IMG/VR virus record: IMGVR_UViG_3300012984_000011
Strand: one strand, 5' to 3'
Length of the DNA: 64,000 bases
Source: an uncultured virus (IMG/VR IMGVR_UViG_3300012984_000011)
Lineage: Duplodnaviria > Heunggongvirae > Uroviricota > Caudoviricetes
Within the stretch, counting starts at the first letter, position 1; every line of letters begins with the position of its first letter. Of the stretch, positions 9,204 through 18,800 are shown in pieces. Under the pieces are notes generated by a model. It saw only the letters and a program-made list of their open reading frames with translations, had not been told where the DNA came from and searched no databases. A program made the translations under genes and the position numbers.

Positions 9204-9673
9204 TCATTGTCCAACAAGTGGTCGGCCGAACGCTTGGATTTGGGAGGTTCGGGAGGTTCTTTTACCTTCACTTCTGGATTCGAAGGGTTGGTCTGCAGAC
9301 TATGTTGATCCGTACCCAACTCAGCCGCCAACATAGTCTGGATGGCGTCATGAATTTCTTGTCCAGTCCGCACTGCAAATTGTGTCGGAACGGTAGAGTA
9401 CTGTAGTCGCCATTGTTCTTGAGCTTCCGAAGGAGCTCTGACATCTGCTCGGGCCCGTCTGAGACGCATCTGGGTGAATGTATTGGCGTCTAACACCGCT
9501 CTTGGAAAGACGATACGTAGGTCGCTGTAGTGCTTCCGACCCACATTCTTAGGGACCTTCACCTTGGGTCCAAAGAAGCCGTGGAAGAACAGTCTGTCTG
9601 CAGCATAGAAGCAAGATACCGCCCCCAACGCCAGAACAACATAGATGATCAGCAGAGGATGGATGTGGGACAT
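9188..9673 (-). CDS. N-terminal TM protein with C-terminal tag (RSADHLLD)
   Basis: hydrophobic N-terminus; Pro-rich linker before the motif. Confidence 0.65.
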   Translation of the reverse strand: MSHIHPLLIIYVVLALGAVSCFYAADRLFFHGFFGPKVKVPKNVGRKHYSDLRIVFPRAVLDANTFTQMRLRRARADVRAPSEAQEQWRLQYSTVPTQFAVRTGQEIHDAIQTMLAAELGTDQHSLQTNPSNPEVKVKEPPEPPKSKRSADHLLDNDWKIK

Positions 9674-9783
9674 TTTTACACCTATACTTTAATCAAACCA
9701 GCGAGTGGATCCAAGCCTTAAAGTACACCAAGATTGGGGATGTCGTTTTGCTCTTGTGAAAGGCCAGCTATTGGAGGTTCCCC

Positions 9784-10305
9784 ATGACATGCATCGCTGC
9801 GATTGTTGAGCCTGGCCGAGTTTGGATGGGTGGGGATTCGGCAGTGACGATTGAGGATGCGGTTCTTACTCAAGCGGAGCCCAAGGTGTTTAGATGTGGA
9901 CCCCTCATTGTGGGTTGTTGCGGCACCACCCCATGGGAGTCGATGTGGCAACGTCTAGAGCTAGACCCTCCTGGGACGGATCTAAATAGATGGGTCAAGT
10001 CCTATTTGACCGATGTCCTCAAGGCTGCCATTGAAAAATCTGTACCTAAGGAAGATGTGGGTGAGGTGGCTTGCTTGATCGGCATAGGCGGAACCCTCTA
10101 CTTGGCTGAGGGGGACGGGATCCCTTGGCGGATCAGGAACAACTATTACGCTATTGGGACGGCCGACGCAGCCAATGGCTCGTTATTCGAATCAGAGAAG
10201 CGGAAAGGGTATTCGTCCCCCAGGAAACGCATCCTCAGCGCCTTGAAAGCGGCAGAGCACCATACCAATTGTGTCAGAGCCCCTTTCCACGTCATCCACA
10301 CCTGA
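9784..10305 (+). CDS. HslV/proteasome-like Ntn-hydrolase
   Basis: N-terminal Thr (MTCIAA), GGDSA, PKVF, YYAIGT; GGAGG RBS. Confidence 0.75.
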   Translation: MTCIAAIVEPGRVWMGGDSAVTIEDAVLTQAEPKVFRCGPLIVGCCGTTPWESMWQRLELDPPGTDLNRWVKSYLTDVLKAAIEKSVPKEDVGEVACLIGIGGTLYLAEGDGIPWRIRNNYYAIGTADAANGSLFESEKRKGYSSPRKRILSALKAAEHHTNCVRAPFHVIHT

Positions 10306-10322
10306 ACGGTGTATTGACCTAA

Positions 10323-10913
10323 GTGTTTCACTATGACCTACGTGGCCTGTTCCTGACGGACCACTTCCATCATGCGGGGTTGTACGATACAGAAGAACAA
10401 GGGTTGGTCCTGAGGGCAGGGGGTATAGAGCCCACTCGCAAATGCCCGGGGCCTTCATACCGCATCATGATCACATACGACATCAGAGATGAGTCGGAAG
10501 TTCAAGAGGGGTTGGCCAAACTTTTGGTTCGAGCGGCAGGAAAGCCTACCACCCATCGTCTAGGGTTGATCGGGAGGAAGCTAAAAAGCTCCGTGGCCGT
10601 TGTTCTCAACCCTCTCCTGTTAGAAGCGGTTCAAGATGCAGTTGAACACCATTTTATGGCCAAGTGCTGGGCATACACGCTTCCCAGTAATCTGAGATAC
10701 TGGGCCAAATTCATTGATCGTCCGGTTTACCTATCTAGGTACGTTCCTTTCGATCAAGTGATTGGCGTATTCGATGATCACCATAGCCTACTGATCTCTA
10801 CCCCAGGAGGCCTCTCCCCGTATCCGATGGGAGCGGCAGTTAGAGGCAACAATACGGCTGTGGCGTACAGGATAGCGGGAGCTGAGGAGCTGCTACCTGA
10901 GAGGTCTGCATGA
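10323..10913 (+). CDS. hypothetical protein
   Basis: GTG start 9 nt after GGTGTA (10308-10313). Confidence 0.65.
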   Translation: MFHYDLRGLFLTDHFHHAGLYDTEEQGLVLRAGGIEPTRKCPGPSYRIMITYDIRDESEVQEGLAKLLVRAAGKPTTHRLGLIGRKLKSSVAVVLNPLLLEAVQDAVEHHFMAKCWAYTLPSNLRYWAKFIDRPVYLSRYVPFDQVIGVFDDHHSLLISTPGGLSPYPMGAAVRGNNTAVAYRIAGAEELLPERSA

Positions 10914-11212
10914 GCAGTTGGTATCCTTACATGACACGGGTCAAGCACTTGATCTATGAGGCCGGAACACCTTGTGAAGTTCGGATAAGCCAGACCAGAT
11001 CTGACTTGGCAGAAGTCCGGTTCTCCGATGGTAAAACAATCGGCCTCCTCCTGACCCATTGGTACTTCCCTGGAGTGCCAGGTATGGAACGCCGTCAATC
11101 TAGTGTCATAGATCAAATCTGCGCTATTGAGGACGCTAGATGCTCGGCTGCCCTTGAACAGGCCGCTTCAATGCTTGAAGGGTCTGATCCACTTCAGTCG
11201 GATCCCCTTTGA
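10910..11212 (+). CDS. hypothetical protein
   Basis: ATGA-coupled ORF. Confidence 0.55.
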   Translation: MSSWYPYMTRVKHLIYEAGTPCEVRISQTRSDLAEVRFSDGKTIGLLLTHWYFPGVPGMERRQSSVIDQICAIEDARCSAALEQAASMLEGSDPLQSDPL

Positions 11213-11405
11213 TCCGTATCTGAGACTTCGGATACATGCATTCCCTGCCAGCACTTCCGTCGAATTCGATCACCACGTATAGGCCGGCTTCGATATTTAG
11301 GCGATCCTTTTCGATCGGGTCCACCCCTTCGAGATGTCTGAAATCCTCGACCGTCGCTACTCTGAGGATCTTGAGCTTGCCGCCGTACTGACCGTAAAGA
11401 GGCAT
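11136..11405 (-). CDS. hypothetical protein
   Basis: coupled ORF. Confidence 0.6.
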   Translation of the reverse strand: MPLYGQYGGKLKILRVATVEDFRHLEGVDPIEKDRLNIEAGLYVVIEFDGSAGRECMYPKSQIRIKGDPTEVDQTLQALKRPVQGQPSI

Positions 11406-11656
11406 CAGTCTTCCTCCTCAAATTCGAATTCCCCTTCCAAGGAATCTTCCTGTTCTTGTTCGACGCCGGCCAGATGGGCCAGATCTTCCTCGAACACTTC
11501 TTCGATGAACTCAGCAGGGCTAACCCCGTTCTTGAACATCGGTTCCGCCACTTCAAAGAGCTCGTAGGGGTCATCGTCATCCCACAAGTCATCGAAGCTG
11601 AGGCCGTGATCCCTGACTTCCTGGATACAGGCGGTCTTCCACTCGGCGAAGGTCAT
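11405..11656 (-). CDS. small, very acidic protein
   Basis: 83 aa, very D/E-rich. Confidence 0.7.
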   Translation of the reverse strand: MTFAEWKTACIQEVRDHGLSFDDLWDDDDPYELFEVAEPMFKNGVSPAEFIEEVFEEDLAHLAGVEQEQEDSLEGEFEFEEED

Positions 11657-12009
11657 GATTCGAAAACTCGGCCGTGAACCGCTACTTCGAAGAAGCCGGC
11701 CACTTCCAGCACCAACCCCACCACATGATGTGCGATGCGAGCCTCACTGATGATCACGGTCTCACAGGTGCCGTAGAATACGACCTTGAGGGTCACACCC
11801 TTCTCAACATCGATCGGCTGAATGGCATCCTGCTTGATGACTTCCAGGCCAGCTAGGATCCGTTCCCCCATCCGAAAGGTCGCATGAAGAACCGTATCGT
11901 CTAGAGCGTCTTCTGGATTGGGGGTATCGATAGTGCATCGAACCGGAAAGGCGAAACGAAGACCCTTGAGATCTTGGGTCATTTCTTCGATCATGGTATT
12001 TAGGTGCAT
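11653..12009 (-). CDS. hypothetical protein
   Basis: 118-aa ORF. Confidence 0.6.
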   Translation of the reverse strand: MHLNTMIEEMTQDLKGLRFAFPVRCTIDTPNPEDALDDTVLHATFRMGERILAGLEVIKQDAIQPIDVEKGVTLKVVFYGTCETVIISEARIAHHVVGLVLEVAGFFEVAVHGRVFES

Positions 12010-12018
12010 GCCTGTTCC

Positions 12019-12228
12019 TTACGGCCGATTGGTCGTGGGGTTAATGGCTGGCCACCATTCGTAGCCCAGTTCTGGATACCAATCGTTTACCAACAATTGT
12101 TGGTGTCCCAGTTGCCGGTGGGTCTGGTCCAAAATAGCTCGACACTCTTGAAGAGTTGTTTCAAGAGCTTCCAAGGCTCGTTTGGTGGCCGCGTCTCTAT
12201 CGGCCAACATTTGCTTGTAATGCTTCAT
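12019..12228 (-). CDS. hypothetical protein
   Basis: MKHYKQML start by ATGA coupling. Confidence 0.55.
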   Translation of the reverse strand: MKHYKQMLADRDAATKRALEALETTLQECRAILDQTHRQLGHQQLLVNDWYPELGYEWWPAINPTTNRP

Positions 12229-12485
12229 GAGAGTCGGGGGAGTCGGATGGTGGCAGGGTCGTATCCGTGACCGATTGAGCCGTCGGAGAACTTGAGCCGC
12301 AATGTCGGCCCGAACCAATCTCGACGCCAGCCCAGTATCCAAACCTCTTCACCGGTTGCTTTGAGGATCACCTTGACCGGAAATCGACGGAACCAGAGGT
12401 TGGACACTAGCTTGAGCCAACGGAGGTCAAAGACTGGATCATAGACCCAGTCTTTTGGATGTTGGAGAGTTCTAGCCCGTGCCAT
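12225..12485 (-). CDS. hypothetical protein
   Basis: coupled ORF. Confidence 0.6.
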   Translation of the reverse strand: MARARTLQHPKDWVYDPVFDLRWLKLVSNLWFRRFPVKVILKATGEEVWILGWRRDWFGPTLRLKFSDGSIGHGYDPATIRLPRLS

Positions 12486-12751
12486 CAGGCCCGAATGGTG
12501 ACCCGCTTGAGCGGATTGCCGTTATTGAGGTTGAAGGTGGGGTCGGACAGACGATTGATGTGCCGAGCGTACAGGCTGGTTTGACGCCCGCCCAGATTGA
12601 GGGTCACTTTGACCTGATGACTGTACTCAGCACCCAACATGGTGATGCCCATCACGATGGCCTTTTGGTTCTTGCGGAGCTGCAAACCATCGCAGCCCTT
12701 GGTGATGGTGACGGCACGATTGAGGAGGGGGTGCAGGGTGAGGTTGGTCAT
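12485..12751 (-). CDS. hypothetical protein
   Basis: directly after a class-B promoter. Confidence 0.7.
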   Translation of the reverse strand: MTNLTLHPLLNRAVTITKGCDGLQLRKNQKAIVMGITMLGAEYSHQVKVTLNLGGRQTSLYARHINRLSDPTFNLNNGNPLKRVTIRA

Positions 12752-12757
12752 GCAGGA

Positions 12758-12786
12758 TAGAACGGATGGGGGTGGGAAGAGTTAAG
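12758..12786 (-). promoter_or_regulatory. class-B promoter CTTAAC-N16-CGTTCTA
   Basis: ATG 6 nt downstream. Confidence 0.75.
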
Positions 12787-13051
12787 TGGAAGATGGCTTT
12801 TCTGTGTGCGAAAGGTACTGAGCCAAACACTCTTTGCAGGTGAATGGGTCAAAGACTTGGGTGACCTCTGTTTTCAGATCCCAGCCCTTTTGGATTCGTT
12901 CACAGAGACTGGGGGTGGTGATCCCTCCCCCTAGCTTTCGATTTTCACCGTTGGGGATCTGACGGATATGCCACCTACTGGTGCCGGTGGCATTGACGCT
13001 TTCCATGTAGCTGAATTTGTTCAAGCTTTCCACCCCTTCGGAGCCTTCCAT
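12782..13051 (-). CDS. hypothetical protein
   Basis: WH...LC...CKEC putative Zn site; start uncertain. Confidence 0.5.
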   Translation of the reverse strand: MEGSEGVESLNKFSYMESVNATGTSRWHIRQIPNGENRKLGGGITTPSLCERIQKGWDLKTEVTQVFDPFTCKECLAQYLSHTEKPSST

Positions 13052-13380
13052 CCCTCAGCAAGAGCCGTCTTGGCCCACTCCGGCAGCGGTCGATCTTGAG
13101 TCCAGGCGAACTTGACGGCCTGTAGAGCCTTCTTGGCTTGAGCCTGAGTCTCGAAAGCGGCACCACGATCGTCGATCACCACGCCTTCCAGCTCTCGAAC
13201 GGTCTTACAGGCGATCCAGTGTTCCCAATTGCCACGATCGGCCGGCGGTTCGCCCAGACCATCATCGGCGGATTCACAAAGGATTGCGCCCAGATCGATC
13301 TCTCCATCCTCCAATGTGACTTCCCATTGGAGGTAGAAGAAGTAGTTGTTTGCAGCGTGAATTATTAGCTTGTCGGCCAT
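13021..13380 (-). CDS. hypothetical protein
   Basis: MADKLII start 6 nt after a class-B promoter. Confidence 0.7.
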   Translation of the reverse strand: MADKLIIHAANNYFFYLQWEVTLEDGEIDLGAILCESADDGLGEPPADRGNWEHWIACKTVRELEGVVIDDRGAAFETQAQAKKALQAVKFAWTQDRPLPEWAKTALAEGWKAPKGWKA

Positions 13381-13386
13381 GGCTGC

Positions 13387-13415
13387 TAGAACGGATCCAT
13401 GGACCAAAGATTAAG
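13387..13415 (-). promoter_or_regulatory. class-B promoter CTTAAT-N16-CGTTCTA
   Basis: exact spacing. Confidence 0.75.
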
Positions 13416-13533
13416 CCCGTTTGACTCTAGTCTTTTTTCTAGGCCCAACGATCCGGCCAGCCGGTAGCTTGGCGGCTATCTTCCTGAACACGGCCGCCAC
13501 CAGCGGCTTGATGTTGAATTCTTGCTTTTTCAT
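13411..13533 (-). CDS. 40-aa basic peptide
   Basis: MKKQEFNIKPLVAAVFRKIAAKLPAGRIVGPRKKTRVKRA fills the gap; below the track cutoff. Confidence 0.45.
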   Translation of the reverse strand: MKKQEFNIKPLVAAVFRKIAAKLPAGRIVGPRKKTRVKRA

Positions 13534-13541
13534 GGGCTATT

Positions 13542-13793
13542 TCAGATAAACGGTTCGTCCAACCGCTGGGCAAAGGTTGGAATGTGGATGGTATTTTGCT
13601 TCACCTGAGGACCTTCGATCAAGAAGGTACAATCCGACACACCCAGGTAGGTGGAGATGTCCTGCATCTCCCGCAGCGCTTGCTCCCACGTATAGGGGCC
13701 ATCTCTTCTACTCATGCCGAAAACGTTGTAGCAAACGTAGACGTTTTCCATTGGGTCCCGCTCTCCTATGAGTTGCTCCAAAACGGCATTCAT
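13542..13793 (-). CDS. hypothetical protein with tag-like end (PTFAQRLDE)
   Basis: 83-aa coupled ORF. Confidence 0.6.
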   Translation of the reverse strand: MNAVLEQLIGERDPMENVYVCYNVFGMSRRDGPYTWEQALREMQDISTYLGVSDCTFLIEGPQVKQNTIHIPTFAQRLDEPFI

Positions 13794-14263
13794 GGCAAAT
13801 TAGCCCGATCAGGGCACTTTCCATCACACATCTGACAGTTGGCTTCAAGGTCGTGGTTGGCCAGCGAACAGTTGTTGATGCGGCCGTCAGGAGTCCGAGG
13901 TAGCATCGGACAGTCAGGCATGTGGCGCCTATCTTGGCGGAAATATTCCCCACAGTTGCATATCGGACCTGTCACCTCAGGATCTTTGTGTCTAGCCAAG
14001 GCGTCCTGCCCCTCGTAGTAGGCCTCAACGTCTTGGTAGGGATCTCGCCGCTTCAGTCCTAAGAAGGTACCTATATCTAGCGTCAATGTTTCCTGGCTCG
14101 AAGCTATGACTTTAGATTCCAGGATGGTGGCGGCCTCGTAGTGCTGAGCAATCGACTGCAGCATCGACTCTCGTAGCTCTCTAGTGTCTGCCCAACCCTC
14201 GCCAGGCAACGCCCTGTAGAGCGCCATAGCCTCACGGCGGAGGGTTTCGATTGCGTGCTTCAT
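13790..14263 (-). CDS. hypothetical protein, Cys-rich C-terminus
   Basis: MKHAIETL start 10 nt after GGTGTA. Confidence 0.65.
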   Translation of the reverse strand: MKHAIETLRREAMALYRALPGEGWADTRELRESMLQSIAQHYEAATILESKVIASSQETLTLDIGTFLGLKRRDPYQDVEAYYEGQDALARHKDPEVTGPICNCGEYFRQDRRHMPDCPMLPRTPDGRINNCSLANHDLEANCQMCDGKCPDRANLP

Positions 14264-14273
14264 ACCACTCCAG

Positions 14274-14289
14274 TACACCGATTGGTGTA
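14274..14289. promoter_or_regulatory. divergent class-A pair TACACC-GATT-GGTGTA
   Basis: serves ATGs at 14263 (-) and 14298 (+). Confidence 0.75.
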
Positions 14290-14297
14290 AGCTCCGC

Positions 14298-14456
14298 ATG
14301 GCGACCGAAGTTCTGGCTGTTCCTGAAGAACACCTAGATGAAGTGATTGAGGTCTTGCGGGCCGGCCTGGATGTGTTGGGAAAGAAAGTGTCCCGAGAAA
14401 CCAGGCAACGCCTAGAAGAGTGGTGTAGTGAAGAGGAGGATTACCTCAAAGGTTAA
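14298..14456 (+). CDS. small hypothetical protein (52 aa)
   Basis: MATEVLAVPEEHLDEVIEVLRAGL...; below the track cutoff. Confidence 0.65.
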   Translation: MATEVLAVPEEHLDEVIEVLRAGLDVLGKKVSRETRQRLEEWCSEEEDYLKG

Positions 14457-14458
14457 CC

Positions 14459-14487
14459 CTTAACCTTTTGACGGACGGACCGTTATA
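14459..14487 (+). promoter_or_regulatory. class-B promoter CTTAAC-N16-CGTTATA
   Basis: exact spacing, upstream of 14532. Confidence 0.65.
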
Positions 14488-14531
14488 TAGCTCAACACCT
14501 ACACAGGGGTTCAAATACTGTGGCATAGTCA

Positions 14532-15371
14532 ATGGATTACACAATCGAGCCCAAAGAGGGCAAAAAAGGACGCTCTTTCTCTGGTTATTGCATCGCTGCT
14601 GTGGTGGCGAACGGCTTGTGGGAAAGTGGGGGCGGTGGTAACGAAATACGTCCCGTGTGGGCGATGTTTTGCGGCACTGAGAGTGAGCTCAGGCCATTTG
14701 TCACCAATCTGAGGTTGGGTCGCAAGGCTGAACCGGCCAAAGGCGGCTACCGTCGATCCAATGCTGGAGAACGGTTGGAATTCCTCAAATCCGACAACTT
14801 CTATACGGCTTGGCAGCGTGAGCCAGAAGGCAGCATCGCCACCTTGTACCATCCAGAGTTGTTCCGGCTTGACCCTGGGATGGTAGACCCGACCGCCATT
14901 CGATTCATGATGCTGGTCCCTCGCGATTGGGCCCAGGCTCAACAGATCGATGACCGGCCGATGCTCCAACACGCCAAGCGGTTCAAACATCCACTTGATG
15001 AGGCGGCACTCAAACTCTATGCTCCGTCCGCCTACCTGTTTGCCGCCTATCTGGATCGTCGCACCCGTTGCCCCCTGCTGGCCGACAATCGATTCTACAT
15101 GCAGCTCTTGTTGGCCGCGCTCGAATCTGGTCTGGCTAGCCGGATCATCGAGGGGAATTTGAGATATCACCCCAGCTATCGTGAAGATTGGGGCCATAAC
15201 CCCAAACACGCTTGTAGGGCTGACGGCTTGGAAGATGCGGGGATTGCATTGGGGATCTCATTCTCATCGGCCCATGAGCCGTTTGAGAAATTCCTAGCCG
15301 AGCAGGTGGAGTTGTTCTTCGAAATGACCGAACCCAAGAAGGGGCGGCGAAATATATCGGTCCAGCCTTAA
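14532..15371 (+). CDS. hypothetical protein
   Basis: 279-aa ORF upstream of the methylase-helicase. Confidence 0.75.
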   Translation: MDYTIEPKEGKKGRSFSGYCIAAVVANGLWESGGGGNEIRPVWAMFCGTESELRPFVTNLRLGRKAEPAKGGYRRSNAGERLEFLKSDNFYTAWQREPEGSIATLYHPELFRLDPGMVDPTAIRFMMLVPRDWAQAQQIDDRPMLQHAKRFKHPLDEAALKLYAPSAYLFAAYLDRRTRCPLLADNRFYMQLLLAALESGLASRIIEGNLRYHPSYREDWGHNPKHACRADGLEDAGIALGISFSSAHEPFEKFLAEQVELFFEMTEPKKGRRNISVQP

Positions 15372-15395
15372 CTGTTGGGAACGGCTTCCGTTCTA
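15367..15395 (+). promoter_or_regulatory. class-B promoter CTTAAC-N16-CGTTCTA
   Basis: ATG 5 nt downstream. Confidence 0.75.
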
Positions 15396-15400
15396 TCAGC

Positions 15401-15736
15401 ATGCTCACTTTCACCGATCATCTGTTTACGCTCCAGAATTTGCGTACGCTGCTTGAGCACACCCTTTCGATGTACGTGGACGAATGTCGGCGTACCCGCC
15501 CCAAGAAGTCCGAACTAAACCGTCATGAGATTGTCTTCAAAGACGTTTTCATGTCGATGGCCAAAGACCTGGTCGAGTTCCGTCAATCTCCGCTATACCG
15601 AATGACCTACTCTCCTCGTTTGGACGGTCTTTTGGAGCAGATGGAAAAGAACCAAGAGACTCCCGAGTTCACGATTCACCGTTTCGTCCTCGCTCACCGT
15701 TACCCCAATACTTGCCGCAGCGACAATCGCGAGTGA
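15401..15736 (+). CDS. hypothetical protein
   Basis: 111-aa ORF. Confidence 0.7.
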   Translation: MLTFTDHLFTLQNLRTLLEHTLSMYVDECRRTRPKKSELNRHEIVFKDVFMSMAKDLVEFRQSPLYRMTYSPRLDGLLEQMEKNQETPEFTIHRFVLAHRYPNTCRSDNRE

Positions 15737-15801
15737 ACCTACGGTTTCGAGTAATACCCACTCACAGATTCACCTCCCAATAGTCCCAAGAAGAAAACAG
15801 C

Positions 15802-18800
15802 ATGAGACTCGAAGCGATTGCCAGTGGAGGGTACTTCCCCACTCCTCCACACATTATCTCACACATCGCCCGTCTGTTGGATACGGCTGATCATGCGGGG
15901 TATGTCCTCATGGATCCGTGTGCGGGTGAGGGTAGGGCGATTGCTGATTTGGCCCGTCAGGCGTTCGCTGGATCGTTGTCGACGCTCTCCGTCTACACGT
16001 GCGAACTAGAGAAGACCCGCTTCCAAACGCTAGAGCAAACGATCAAAGATCTGCGATGTCACTGGCGTAGCCCGATGGCCACCCTACAGGGGGATGCGTT
16101 CCAGATTGCGTTTGAGAAGCCTGTTGGAGACCTGCTGTATCTGAATCCGCCCTATGATCTGGACCCAGTCCATGGCCGACTCGAACAACGGTTCCTAGAC
16201 CGTTTCCAAAGCGCCTTGGTGGTGGGTGGGGTGTTGGTATTCGTTGTGCCGTTCTATGCCCTCAAGGCATCGGCCAAGACGCTTGCCACCCAATTCACCG
16301 ACCTGGTCTGCTTCCGCTTCCCTGATGAGGACTTCGATGCCTACAAGCAAGTGGTACTGTTTGGGGTCAAGGGCGAGACACAGCTGCGCTCAGATCCCAA
16401 GCTTTTGCGCAAAGTAGAGACGTGGGCGGAATCGGTTGAGTTGATGCCAGTGTTGGGGGAGCCAACCAAAGTTCTCTTCACCCCTCCACAGACGGGCGGC
16501 TATCATGTGATCGACTGGCGGATGCGAGATTTTGATCGCCTGGGATTGATGCGGAAGATCCGTCCGTGGCAGCAAAGCGCTAGGGTGGGAGGCCTTAGTG
16601 CGGTCCCCCATATCATGCCCACACTGCCCCTATCGGAGCTGATGTTCCGCACCTATCAGCTCGCTACTCCTCCACGGCCCGCCCACATTGCAGCCGGCAT
16701 TGCTAGCGGACTGTTCAATGGCAGGCGAGTTGCCCCCATCACACAGGGGCTGCCGGACCTATTGGTCAAGGGGGTGTTCGACCGAGACTTTGTGACGGTT
16801 GAGGAAAAAACCAACAAATCAGGGGAAGTTACCTCTGTGACACAGGTTCAGCAACCCAAGTTGGTGACCACAATCTTGGATCTGAAGACTAAGAAGTACA
16901 CAACTCTAACCAAGCTAGGTAAGACCAGCTCGCTTGATGTCGAGCAGATGTCGATCGAGGATTTGTTGGAGCACTACGGGCCAAGCTTAATGCAGGTGAT
17001 GCTTCAGCAGTGCCCTGTCTTGTATGACCCCAAGCGGGACGCTGATCGGGTGCAACTCAAGCCCACAGCTCGCCCCCTATTTAGTGCTCAGCAACATACC
17101 GCCAAAGCGTTGATCATGCTGTTGGGGGGTAATCAGTGCAAGAATCGCCGTTTCAAGAATGGTAAGCTGTTGGGGGAAATCGGGTCTGGTAAGACCAGTG
17201 TGGCGTTGGCCGTTAGTCAAACGATCGCCCATAGGACCCTTGTGATCTGCCCGCCCCATCTATTGGCCTCATGGCGGAAAGAAACTGCACTAAATCTGCC
17301 TGACGCTGAGGTGAGGGTATTGGCTGATCTCCAAGATTTGGACGATCTGTCGACCGTCCCAGCCGACAAACAGCTGATCGCCATCATGTCTCGTGAGGCG
17401 GCCAAGTTGGGTCATGGCTGGGCTAGTGTGGAGGGTAGTTGTCCCAAATGCGGAGCTCCGCTTCCCAAGGAAGATATCGTCAAGAAGCGGTTGACTTGCC
17501 AACATCAAGGCATCGTGATCAAAGGGCGGCTGGGCTTCGAAGCCGAGAAGCTGGCTGTTCGGTTGATGTCCTACAGTCCTGACAATCATCAAGTCAGGAC
17601 CATGTTGCCCAGTCGACATTCCCAGCGGATCCTGGATCAGCTGCAAAAGGTGGAACCGAAACCTGAGTGGCGGTTCGAATCCGAATGGGTCGAAGCCTTG
17701 TTGCCCAAGGTCTACAGCCGGCTTCTGAAAGACCCCGAAGATGCCAATTTGCTCAAATTGTTTGGCCGGCTGATGCTGGCCGACTACAATCCAGAGCGGA
17801 TTGCCCGCATGGTTCGCCAATTGGCGGCCGATTCGGGGGAGTCTTATGCCCTCTCAGACGCGGCCCGAAGTTTGGTGATGTTGTTGGAGCAAGGTTCAGA
17901 CCTGCAGCTATCGTTTGAGCAAGACGATACGTTCCGAAACGCCAGTTGGGCGTCCCTCTACTCCAGCACCAAACAATCTTGGGGATATACGTGCCGATTG
18001 GGCAAGATCACTTGGGTTGATGGCAAGCTTCAGCTTGATGGGTTGGAACCCAACAGTTTGACATTGGCGGAGGCGATTCTCCGAAAGCTGATTGTAGCCG
18101 GTAAGGTATCGTCTTTGCCTGCTTGCGAGGGACGGCTCTATCAGGCGGTTCCTGAGCCTCGTCGAGTGGCGTTGGCCAACCATTTGGCCAAGTATCGGCC
18201 CAATTTCTTTGACCTGTTGTTACTTGACGAAAGTCACGAATACAGCTCTGATTCGTCCGCACAAGGTATGGCGGCGCACCGTCTAACCGGTCTAGGGATC
18301 CCTTCGATTCTCATGACCGGCAGTGCGATGAACGGTTACGCCACATCGCTCTACCAAAACATGTGGGCCGTTTCGCCTAGCTTCCGTCAGGAGTTTGGCC
18401 GAGCAGATAAGCAACGGTTCGTTGACCGATATGGCTACCGTAAGCGAGTCCTCTCTGACAAGGATCGTGAGACAGGTGAGGTGGTGGCGTTTGGGGCAGT
18501 ATCGGACCGTGTTCAACGGAATGAACGGACGGCGGGCGATGCTCCTGGCATCCTTCCCTTGTTCCTATTCCGTCACCTGCTGCCTATTGCGGTCACACTC
18601 CACAAGGCCGACCTGGCGATCGATATCCCGCCCTGCAGGGTTGAGAAGCACGCGGTGGAAGCTTCGGCTGAGCTGTTGGGCAGCTACAAGGATCTGCTGT
18701 CAGCACTCAAACAGCAGATCAAGAAGGATCAGTTTCAGCCTGATCTGTCAGGCAAGCTGTTCGGGCAATTGTCTGAACTGCCCAGCTACCTGGATCGCAG

